From positions 1 through 17,926 of the forward strand of contig JACAFS010000019.1 of the NCBI GenBank assembly GCA_013378385.1: a DNA stretch of 17,926 bases, read 5' to 3'. Position 1 is the stretch's first letter; each line of letters opens with the position of its first letter. This document shows positions 7,017 through 13,481 of the stretch, one piece after another. The translations under genes were made by a program, and so were the position numbers. Source of the DNA: Nitrososphaerota archaeon. GTDB taxonomy: Archaea > Thermoproteota > Nitrososphaeria > Nitrososphaerales > UBA57. The notes below the pieces were generated by a model that ran no database searches, had not been told where the DNA came from, and saw nothing but the letters and a program-made list of their open reading frames with translations.

Positions 7017-7030
7017 ACATCAGGAAAGAA
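7017..7030 (+). other. Predicted canonical tRNA intron (14 nt, 37/38) of tRNA-Lys(UUU)
   Basis: Loop nucleotides CUUU (32-35) can pair with intron AAAG. This leaves 3-nt bulges at both junctions (U36-A37-A and A-A-A38), which is the core bulge-helix-bulge geometry. Confidence 0.65.
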
Positions 7031-7052
7031 ATCCGGTGGCCAGGGGTCCGAA

Positions 7053-7064
7053 TTCCGATGGAAA
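7053..7064 (+). other. Predicted tRNA intron (12 nt, T-loop about 59/60) of tRNA-Lys(UUU)
   Basis: The insert TTCCGATGGAAA has the mini-hairpin TTCC-GAT-GGAA. The junction can slide within TCCGAAT without changing the product. Confidence 0.5.
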
Positions 7065-7092
7065 TCCCCTAGGACCCGCATTTATCAACTGA

Positions 7093-7099
7093 TTTATAT
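7093..7099 (+). promoter_or_regulatory. Candidate TATA box for the sdo1/exosome operon (near-leaderless transcript)
   Basis: TTTATAT is centred about 32 nt upstream of the sdo1 ATG (7128), which is the spacing expected for a leaderless or very short-leader archaeal mRNA. Confidence 0.3.
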
Positions 7100-7127
7100 G
7101 TGAAGTTAATTGCTGAAGATTGTATAA

Positions 7128-7841
7128 ATGAAGGATTTCCAAAGGAAAAATGTTAATTCAAAATTTACAGTAGTAAGATTATCAATTTCTGGAGAAAAAT
7201 TTGAGATTTTTGTAGATCCAGACCATGCATTAAGATTTAAGAAAGGTGAAGCGCACGAATATGAAAAGGCAATTGCTTTTGATGAAATATATGCAGATGC
7301 AAACAAGGGAGTAAGAATATCTGATGAGAAGTTAAAGAAACACCTGAAAACTAACAATAATCAAGAAGCTCTAAGAATAATTTTAGAGAAAGGTGAATTA
7401 TTACTCAATACTCAGCAAAGAAAACAAAAAATTGAGGAAAAACGAAAGCAAATAATAACAATAATCTCAGGCAATTATGTTGATCCAAAAACAAAAATTC
7501 CACATCCGCCGCAGAGAATAGAACAAGCTCTGATAGATGCAAGAGTGAGTATCGATCCAATTAAAAATACCGATGAACAGGTCAAAGGTATAATTGAAGA
7601 ATTGAGAAAGGTAATTCCAATGAAATCAGAGATAAGTAAATTGAAGATTACAATTCCAGCACAGTATGCACCACAATCCATAGGGATATTGAAGAAATTT
7701 GGAACTGTAGAATCTGAAGAATGGAATAATGACGGATCTCTAAGTAGTGTAATTCTAGTATCGCCAGGTTCAAAAATTGTGTTAATTGATAAATTGAATT
7801 CATTAACTAAAGGTAATATAATAGCAGATTCGATAGAATAA
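7128..7841 (+). CDS. sdo1: SBDS/Sdo1 ribosome maturation protein
   Basis: 237 aa. FTVVRLSISGEKFEIFVDPDHALRFKKGE, EIYADANKGVRISDEKLKK and KTKIPHPPQRIEQALIDARVSIDP match archaeal SBDS proteins. The gene occupies the canonical position upstream of rrp4. Confidence 0.9.
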   Translation: MKDFQRKNVNSKFTVVRLSISGEKFEIFVDPDHALRFKKGEAHEYEKAIAFDEIYADANKGVRISDEKLKKHLKTNNNQEALRIILEKGELLLNTQQRKQKIEEKRKQIITIISGNYVDPKTKIPHPPQRIEQALIDARVSIDPIKNTDEQVKGIIEELRKVIPMKSEISKLKITIPAQYAPQSIGILKKFGTVESEEWNNDGSLSSVILVSPGSKIVLIDKLNSLTKGNIIADSIE

Positions 7842-7843
7842 CA

Positions 7844-8518
7844 ATGAAAACAAATTCAGTAGAAAGAAAATATGTCATGCCTGGTGACGTAGTGATTGAA
7901 GGAGATCATAATCCGCTTGCAAATGTAATAAAAAGTGGCAATAAAATTATTAGTACTAAAATTGGAATGGCAGAAATTTCATATAATGGAGTTAGAGTAA
8001 TGCCATTAAGCGGAACGTATATACCAAGAATGGATGACGTAGTTATAGGAAAAGTTGCAGATATGAACGGCTTTGCATGGGAAGTAGATATAAATTCATG
8101 GTTCTTTGGAATATTAACTGGATCAGCAGTGTTCGGAAGACAGTTTTCTTCTTCAAGAGATTCAATGAAATCGGCATTCAATAAAGGAGAATGTCTAATA
8201 GCAAAGATACTTTCATTTGACAGAACTAGAGACCCATTAATTTCAGTCAGTGGTCCGGGATTAGGTAAAATAAAGGAAGGAGAGATAACTTACATCACAT
8301 CCTCAAAGATACCAAGAGTAATTGGTAAAAAAGGAGCAATGATCAAATTAATTGAAGAAAATACAGGTTGTCGTATGACAATAGGTCAAAACGGCGCAAT
8401 ATTATTGAAAGGAACAGATGAAGCAAGGACAAAAGCAAGAAATGCAATAGAATTGATTGGAAATCAAGCACACATATCTGATCTTAACGATAAGGTTATA
8501 AGTTTAATTTCAAAGTGA
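7844..8518 (+). CDS. rrp4: Exosome RNA-binding cap subunit Rrp4 (S1 + KH)
   Basis: VMPGDVV N-terminal domain, S1 region YIPRMDDVVIGKVADMNGFAWEVDINS, and KH region IGKKGAMIKLIEENTGCRMTIGQNGAILLKG. Confidence 0.9.
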   Translation: MKTNSVERKYVMPGDVVIEGDHNPLANVIKSGNKIISTKIGMAEISYNGVRVMPLSGTYIPRMDDVVIGKVADMNGFAWEVDINSWFFGILTGSAVFGRQFSSSRDSMKSAFNKGECLIAKILSFDRTRDPLISVSGPGLGKIKEGEITYITSSKIPRVIGKKGAMIKLIEENTGCRMTIGQNGAILLKGTDEARTKARNAIELIGNQAHISDLNDKVISLISK

Positions 8519-8525
8519 TTTAATA

Positions 8526-9245
8526 TTGTCAAAAAATAATATAGAAAGAATTAGTGGAAGAGCTCCTGATGAGCTTCGAAATGTTTCGATCAAAGCAGGA
8601 GTAATAAAAAATGCAGACGGATCTGCATTAATTGAATTTGGAAAAAACAAAATCATGGCCGCAGTATTTGGACCAAAGGAAGTACATCCAAAACATATGA
8701 TGGTTTCAGATAGAGCAATTATAAAATGTAGATATCACATGATGCCATTTTCTACAGATACAAGAAAAAGACCAAATATATCAAGAAGAGAGATAGAAAT
8801 ATCAAAAGTAATAAGAGAAGCATTACAGCCAGCAATCATAATGGAAGATTATCCTAGAACTGCAATTGAGATATATATTGAGATTCTTCAATCAGATGGA
8901 GGTTCAAGGTGCGCTGCGATAAACGCCGCATCCACTGCATTAGCGGATGCAGGAATTAACATGAGAGATCTTGTAGCTGCATGTGCAGCAGGTAAAGTTA
9001 ATGGACAAGTTGTATTGGACGTTGACGATACTGAAGACAAAACAGGAGAAGCAGATATGCCAATAGCATTATTACCAAATACAGGTTTAATCACCCTGTT
9101 TCAACTAGATGGAAACTTATCAAAAGAAGAATTTGATAAAGCATTAGAATTAGGAAAAACAGGTTGTGACAAACTATACAAATTACAACGTGATGCATTA
9201 TCAGAGAAATATTTCAATGATAAAAATGGGAACAAGGAGGAATAA
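8526..9245 (+). CDS. rrp41: Exosome catalytic RNase PH-like subunit Rrp41
   Basis: GRAPDELRNVSIKAGVIKNADGSALIEFGKNKIMAAVFGPKE, ISRREIEISKVIREAL and LQSDGGSRCAAINAASTALADAGI. The start codon is TTG. Confidence 0.92.
   Translation: MSKNNIERISGRAPDELRNVSIKAGVIKNADGSALIEFGKNKIMAAVFGPKEVHPKHMMVSDRAIIKCRYHMMPFSTDTRKRPNISRREIEISKVIREALQPAIIMEDYPRTAIEIYIEILQSDGGSRCAAINAASTALADAGINMRDLVAACAAGKVNGQVVLDVDDTEDKTGEADMPIALLPNTGLITLFQLDGNLSKEEFDKALELGKTGCDKLYKLQRDALSEKYFNDKNGNKEE
9234..9240 (+). promoter_or_regulatory. Shine-Dalgarno-like site for rrp42
   Basis: AAGGAGG lies 8 nt upstream of the rrp42 ATG (9249), inside the 3' end of rrp41. Confidence 0.5.
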
Positions 9246-9248
9246 GAG

Positions 9249-10076
9249 ATGCCTGCAGTGAAAAAACGTAGAATCGTAGATTCAATTACTAAAGAAAGTA
9301 TAATTTCAAATCTTGCAAATTCTACTAGATTAGATGAAAGAGGATTACTTGATTATAGAAATTTAGAGATAGAAACAAAAATACTAAAAGATAAGACAAA
9401 CGGTTCTGCAAGAGTCAAGCTAGGAGAATCGGAAGTTTGGGCAGGAATAAAGGTTGAAACTGCGAATCCATTTCCAGATACGCCTGCAGAAGGAGTAATG
9501 ACTTGTAATGCAGAGAGGCTACCCATTAGTTCACAATATATTGAACCTGGACCACCAGATGAAGATACAATAGAGCTATCAAGAGTTTCAGATAGAGGAA
9601 TTAGAGAATCTGGAATGATTGATGTAAAGGAATTGTGTATTAAAGAAGGCGAACGAGTATATTCAGTGTATGTTGACGTTGCAGTAATTAATGATGATGG
9701 TAATTTATTCGATGCAGTTGCCTATGCAGCAACAACTGCGCTATTAATGTCAGATATGAATAAATTCACAATCGAAGATGATGAAATAAAAATGTTAGAC
9801 GAAAAACAACCACTGCCAATAAAATCAGTACCTGTATCAACAACATTTGCTAAAATAGGAGACAAAATAATAATGGATCCAAATGCAGATGAGGAAGAAA
9901 TGGCAACAGCCAGAGTAACATTAGTAACAGATGAGAATGGAAAATATGTGTCTGCGCAAAAAGGCAAGCCGGGAGGTTTTACTTTTGATGAATTAAGAGA
10001 AATTTCCGTTATTTCAAAAGAAAAAGGTGATGAAATAAGAATAAAAATAAGAGAGGCAGTAAAGAATGGCGCGTAA
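9249..10076 (+). CDS. rrp42: Exosome RNase PH-like subunit Rrp42
   Basis: 275 aa with RLDERGLLDYRNLEIETKILKDKTNGSARVKLGESEVWAGIKVE and an RNase PH fold pattern. It sits in the canonical position after rrp41. Confidence 0.9.
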   Translation: MPAVKKRRIVDSITKESIISNLANSTRLDERGLLDYRNLEIETKILKDKTNGSARVKLGESEVWAGIKVETANPFPDTPAEGVMTCNAERLPISSQYIEPGPPDEDTIELSRVSDRGIRESGMIDVKELCIKEGERVYSVYVDVAVINDDGNLFDAVAYAATTALLMSDMNKFTIEDDEIKMLDEKQPLPIKSVPVSTTFAKIGDKIIMDPNADEEEMATARVTLVTDENGKYVSAQKGKPGGFTFDELREISVISKEKGDEIRIKIREAVKNGA

Positions 10077-10281
10077 AACAAAGACAACAACGGAATTTGG
10101 AGCTAAATACGGTTCTTCCGTTAGAAAAAAATATACAAAAGTAACCACAAGTCTTCGACAAAAGAGAAATTGTCCTGAATGTAATTCAATTAAATTCAAA
10201 AGAGTTGCAATAGGAATTTGGGCATGTGATAAATGTGAATTTAAAGTAGCGGATTCAGCATATGAAACAACAACAGTATAA
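10066..10281 (+). CDS. rpl37ae: Ribosomal protein eL43 (L37Ae)
   Basis: MARKTKTTTEFGAKYGSSVRKKY...CPECNSIKFKRVAIGIWACDKCEFKVADSAY is a C4 zinc ribbon typical of eL43. It overlaps the rrp42 end by 11 nt. Confidence 0.9.
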   Translation: MARKTKTTTEFGAKYGSSVRKKYTKVTTSLRQKRNCPECNSIKFKRVAIGIWACDKCEFKVADSAYETTTV

Positions 10282-10495
10282 GATATCAGCAGAGATTAGA
10301 ATAAAAACTAATAAAAAATCATCAGAATTAGTAAAAGAATCAATAAAGCAAGATATTGAGGAAACTGATTCTATTCAAGCTAGAAATGATAGACTAGTTA
10401 TGGAGATTAAAGCAAAAGAAATATCAGAACTACGTGCAAAGATATCATCACATATTCGTGCAGCAAAAGTGTCTTACGATATTCTAACAGAATAA
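10262..10495 (+). CDS. pcc1: KEOPS subunit Pcc1-like protein
   Basis: 77 aa. AEIRIKTNKKSSELVKESI... and LVMEIKAKEISELRAKISSHIRAAKVSYDIL align by eye with P. furiosus Pcc1 (AKIEMEFPSEDVAKVV...; IILDIKATDSSALRGTVNSYLRWIKAAIDVI). It overlaps rpl37ae by 20 nt. Confidence 0.6.
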   Translation: MKQQQYKISAEIRIKTNKKSSELVKESIKQDIEETDSIQARNDRLVMEIKAKEISELRAKISSHIRAAKVSYDILTE

Positions 10496-10498
10496 AGC

Positions 10499-10506
10499 TT
10501 TATTTA
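10499..10506 (+). promoter_or_regulatory. Candidate TATA box for pfdB (leaderless)
   Basis: TTTATTTA is centred about 30 nt upstream of the pfdB ATG (10532), in the only real gap of the operon. Confidence 0.3.
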
Positions 10507-10531
10507 GAGTAAAAAGCAAATCGATTACAGT

Positions 10532-10903
10532 ATGAGTAATCAAGAGGTGCCACCATGGTTAAAAGAACAATTAGAAAGATATGAACAATTACAACAGAAT
10601 TTACAATCAGTTCTAGTACAGAAACAACAGGTTGATTTGGAAATTATAGAAATCAGTAAAGCATTAGAAGAATTAAATAAATCGGCAGATGATGTGAAAG
10701 TATACAAATCTGCAGGTACGGTAATGGTATCTAGTAACAAAGCAGATGTAGTAAAAGAGTTAACAGAATCAAAGGATCTTTCAAATACAAAAATAACAGT
10801 ATTAAACAAACAAGAAGAAAGATTGAAAGAGAGTCTTAAAGAAGTGCAAGAAAAGCTTGATGAGACAATGAAAAGAAGTACAACAGGTCTTAATACTCAA
10901 TAA
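10532..10903 (+). CDS. pfdB: Prefoldin beta subunit
   Basis: 123 aa coiled-coil protein. LKEQLERYEQLQQNLQSVLVQKQQVDLEIIEISKALEEL...VKVYKSAGTVMV matches the prefoldin beta pattern. Confidence 0.85.
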   Translation: MSNQEVPPWLKEQLERYEQLQQNLQSVLVQKQQVDLEIIEISKALEELNKSADDVKVYKSAGTVMVSSNKADVVKELTESKDLSNTKITVLNKQEERLKESLKEVQEKLDETMKRSTTGLNTQ

Positions 10904-10935
10904 TACTATTATGTAATTAGAATTTATCAGAAATA

Positions 10936-11784
10936 ATGGCTAAAGAAGAGATAATAAAATTCAATGATTTTTCATTCAAGTATAGTTCATCAGATGCCAA
11001 TATATTAGAAAATATTAATCTGAGTATTAAATCAAATGAAATAACAGTTTTAGCAGGACCAACAGGGTGTGGAAAATCTACTTTACTGAGATCCATTGTA
11101 GGATTAATACCAAATATGTATGATGGAGAATATTCAGGAGAAGTAATAGTAGATGGAATAAAAATTAAAGATGCAGAAATAAAAGAAATAGCTAAGCGAG
11201 TAGGATTCGTATTTCAAAACCCAGAAAATCAAATTTTTATGTTTTCGGTAGAGAGAGACATTGCTTTTGGATTAGAAAATTTAGGTATTGAACAAGAAAT
11301 AATAAAAGAAAGAATTAAAAAAATGATGGAGACACTAAGCATAACACACTTGGCAGAAAAAGCACCGCATGAACTATCAGATGGACAGAAACAAAGAACT
11401 GCATTGGCAGGAGTTTTGGCAATGGAACCAAAAATCTTAATTCTAGATGAGCCAACCTCTCTATTAGATCCAAAAACAGCGTCCGAATTTATGGAATTAA
11501 TGAATAAATTATGCAAAGAAAAGGGAATATCAATAATTATTGTAGAACACCGATTAGACTTAGTTCTGAAATATGCAGATAGATTAATTATATTATCTAA
11601 TGGAAAGATAATTTCTAATGATAAACCAGAGAATGTATTCAATTATAAGAAACCGATCATACCTGAATTAGGCGTTCCTTTTTCTACAAAGATATATAGA
11701 GAACTTGCAAAAGCACATGTAGAATTTTCTAAACCAGTAACTTGTGCAGACGACATGATAAATGAGGTAAGGAAGAAAAGTTGA
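10936..11784 (+). CDS. ecfA1: ECF transporter ATPase component EcfA (CbiO family)
   Basis: Walker A GPTGCGKST, Q-loop FQNPENQ, signature LSDGQKQR, Walker B ILILDEPT, H-loop VEHR. Confidence 0.85.
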   Translation: MAKEEIIKFNDFSFKYSSSDANILENINLSIKSNEITVLAGPTGCGKSTLLRSIVGLIPNMYDGEYSGEVIVDGIKIKDAEIKEIAKRVGFVFQNPENQIFMFSVERDIAFGLENLGIEQEIIKERIKKMMETLSITHLAEKAPHELSDGQKQRTALAGVLAMEPKILILDEPTSLLDPKTASEFMELMNKLCKEKGISIIIVEHRLDLVLKYADRLIILSNGKIISNDKPENVFNYKKPIIPELGVPFSTKIYRELAKAHVEFSKPVTCADDMINEVRKKS

Positions 11785-12590
11785 TAGAATTTAAACAAGT
11801 AAGTTATAATCATCCAGATGGAACAAATGCATTAAATAATATCAATTTAAAAATTAAAAAGAATTCAATTACAGCAATTGTAGGAAATAATGGAGCAGGA
11901 AAAACAACTTTAGTAAAACACATAAATGGATTATTAAAACCGTCAAAGGGCGAAGTAATAATAGAAAATAATAGTACAAAGAAGTCATCAGTAGCAGAAT
12001 TATCAAGAAATGTAGGGATGGTATTTCAGAATGCAAATCATCAGTTATTTGCAGATACGGTAAAGAATGAAATATTATTTGGATTAAAGAATTTTGGATT
12101 TGATCAGGATTACATAGATAAGAGATACGAATTAATGACAAATTTATTTGATTTAAGGAAATATGAGGAAATATCTCCATTAAAACTCAGTGGAGGAGAA
12201 AAAAAGAAAGTATGTTTAGCATCAGTATTGGCATGGAATCCAGAAATATTGATTCTAGATGAACCAACGGTAGGGCAAGATGAGTTACAAAAGAATATTT
12301 TATTTGAATTCATAAATACACTACACAGTAATAATAAAACAATAATCGTCATTTCACATGACATTGAATTTTTATGGAGATTGCAACCAAATATAATAAC
12401 AATGTCAGATGGAAGAATAATAGAGATTAATTCTCCAGAAAAGATTTTTACGGATAAAGAATTAATCAACAAAGTAGGACTAATTCCGCCACAAATAATT
12501 AAGATATTCAATGGTCTAGGGATTGAGAAGGACATTCCAATCAATCTAGAGGATGCATGTAAAAGAATTCAGGGTTTAATGGAGGAATGA
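11781..12590 (+). CDS. ecfA2: ECF transporter ATPase component EcfA'
   Basis: Walker A GNNGAGKTT, FQNANHQ, LSGGEKKK, ILILDEPT, ISHD. The TTG start overlaps the ecfA1 stop (TTGA). A GAGGT Shine-Dalgarno-like motif lies at 11764-11768. Confidence 0.85.
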   Translation: MIEFKQVSYNHPDGTNALNNINLKIKKNSITAIVGNNGAGKTTLVKHINGLLKPSKGEVIIENNSTKKSSVAELSRNVGMVFQNANHQLFADTVKNEILFGLKNFGFDQDYIDKRYELMTNLFDLRKYEEISPLKLSGGEKKKVCLASVLAWNPEILILDEPTVGQDELQKNILFEFINTLHSNNKTIIVISHDIEFLWRLQPNIITMSDGRIIEINSPEKIFTDKELINKVGLIPPQIIKIFNGLGIEKDIPINLEDACKRIQGLMEE

Positions 12591-13313
12591 ATGTATTTCA
12601 TAGCTAACGGATTTATTTATAGGAAAAGTAATTCAATCATACATAAATTAGATCCAAGAGTCAAGTTGCTAATCTCAATACAATTATTTACACTTGCACT
12701 ATTAGTATCAAATTTATACAATCTAGCTATAATATTCATAGCGATATCGATATTCTCGCTATTAGGTAAGATAACAAAAAGGTTGTTAAGAACGATGATT
12801 TTTGCTACAGGATTTTCAGCATTAATTTTGATAATAAATTATTTTGCAGGGTATAGTTTGATATATTCAATACAAATTGCGTTAAGATTTATTGCAATAG
12901 TTTGTTCTACGTCGTTATTTTTCCTAGTAACGTCTCCAGATGAATTAGAATATGTATTAAGATGGTTCAGATTACCAAGAGATTTGGTATTTGCGTTCGT
13001 AACATCAGTAAGATTTGTTCCAGTTATATTAATGGATACATTGCAGATAATTGATGCTCAGAAATCAAGAGGGCTTGAATTAGAGAAAGGGAATCCAATT
13101 ATAAGAATCAAGAAATTTATTCCAATATTAGTGCCATTAATAATAAACGAAGTAATAAGAAGTGGAGAGCTTGCAGAGGCCATGGAATCAAGAGGTTATG
13201 GAATCAGTAAGAATCCGACATCGCTATATTCTCTTAAATTAATTAACCAAGATTTAATCGTGATGTTTATCACATCAATATCATTCATTAGTATAATTTT
13301 CTTTGGCTATTAG
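12591..13313 (+). CDS. ecfT: ECF transporter transmembrane T component (CbiQ/EcfT)
   Basis: 240 aa polytopic membrane protein with the two coupling motifs QKSRGLELE and AMESRGYG. GGAGG lies 5 nt upstream of the ATG, which directly follows the ecfA2 stop. Confidence 0.85.
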   Translation: MYFIANGFIYRKSNSIIHKLDPRVKLLISIQLFTLALLVSNLYNLAIIFIAISIFSLLGKITKRLLRTMIFATGFSALILIINYFAGYSLIYSIQIALRFIAIVCSTSLFFLVTSPDELEYVLRWFRLPRDLVFAFVTSVRFVPVILMDTLQIIDAQKSRGLELEKGNPIIRIKKFIPILVPLIINEVIRSGELAEAMESRGYGISKNPTSLYSLKLINQDLIVMFITSISFISIIFFGY

Positions 13314-13351
13314 ATGTGGGGCCGGCGTGATTTGAACACGCGATCACCAGC

Positions 13352-13363
13352 ATTCAAACAAAG
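13352..13363 (-). other. Predicted tRNA intron (12 nt, 38/39) of tRNA-Pro
   Basis: CTTTGTTTGAAT lies between the 7-nt loop CTGGGGA and the 3' stem strand GCTGG. Confidence 0.45.
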
Positions 13364-13371
13364 TCCCCAGG

Positions 13372-13387
13372 TTTGCCATTAATTATT
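13372..13387 (-). other. Predicted tRNA intron (16 nt, inside the anticodon stem, 30/31) of tRNA-Pro
   Basis: Removing it is needed to form the CCAGC/GCTGG anticodon stem. Confidence 0.45.
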
Positions 13388-13404
13388 CTGGCATCTTAGA
13401 CCAA

Positions 13405-13438
13405 GTTTTCCTAAATAGAATAATAATAATCTAAATAA
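13405..13438 (-). other. Predicted tRNA intron (34 nt, D-loop about 15/16) of tRNA-Pro
   Basis: A very AT-rich insert lies between GTCTAG and TTGGTCTAAGAT. It carries an internal direct repeat of TATTTAG. Confidence 0.55.
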
Positions 13439-13481
13439 CTAGACAACGGCCCCATGTAAGAATTAGACTTAACTAACGTAT

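Larger units (their letters stand above)
6966..7078 (+). tRNA. tRNA-Lys(UUU), 113-nt gene with three predicted introns (74 nt mature, no encoded CCA)
   Basis: GGGTCCT TA GCTC AGCCAGGTA G[TATAAATTCCTAG]AGC A CCGGA CTTTTA[ACATCAGGAAAGAA]A TCCGG TGGCC AGGGG TCCGAA[TTCCGATGGAAA]T CCCCT AGGACCC G. All four stems are perfect after the inserts are removed. Confidence 0.8.
13317..13453 (-). tRNA. tRNA-Pro(GGG), 137-nt gene with three predicted introns (75 nt mature, no encoded CCA)
   Basis: The reverse complement reads GGGGCCG TT GTCT AG[TTATTTAGATTATTATTATTCTATTTAGGAAAAC]TTGGTCTA AGAT G CCAG[AATAATTAATGGCAAA]C CTGGGGA[CTTTGTTTGAAT]GCTGG TGATC GCGTG TTCAAAT CACGC CGGCCCC A. The acceptor stem and T-arm are perfect. 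The anticodon assignment depends on the intron model. Confidence 0.72.

Noticed and set aside
7106-10809. Antisense ORFs inside the exosome operon (7106-7357, 7475-7681, 7906-8181, 8888-9094, 9722-10090, 10014-10199, 10540-10809, all minus strand)
   Set aside because: All are embedded opposite well-supported genes, have low-complexity translations, and have no upstream promoter space.
11229-12544. Antisense ORFs inside the ECF ATPase genes (11229-11642, 11869-12180, 12110-12544, minus strand)
   Set aside because: They are shadow ORFs of ABC ATPase genes and contain no motifs.
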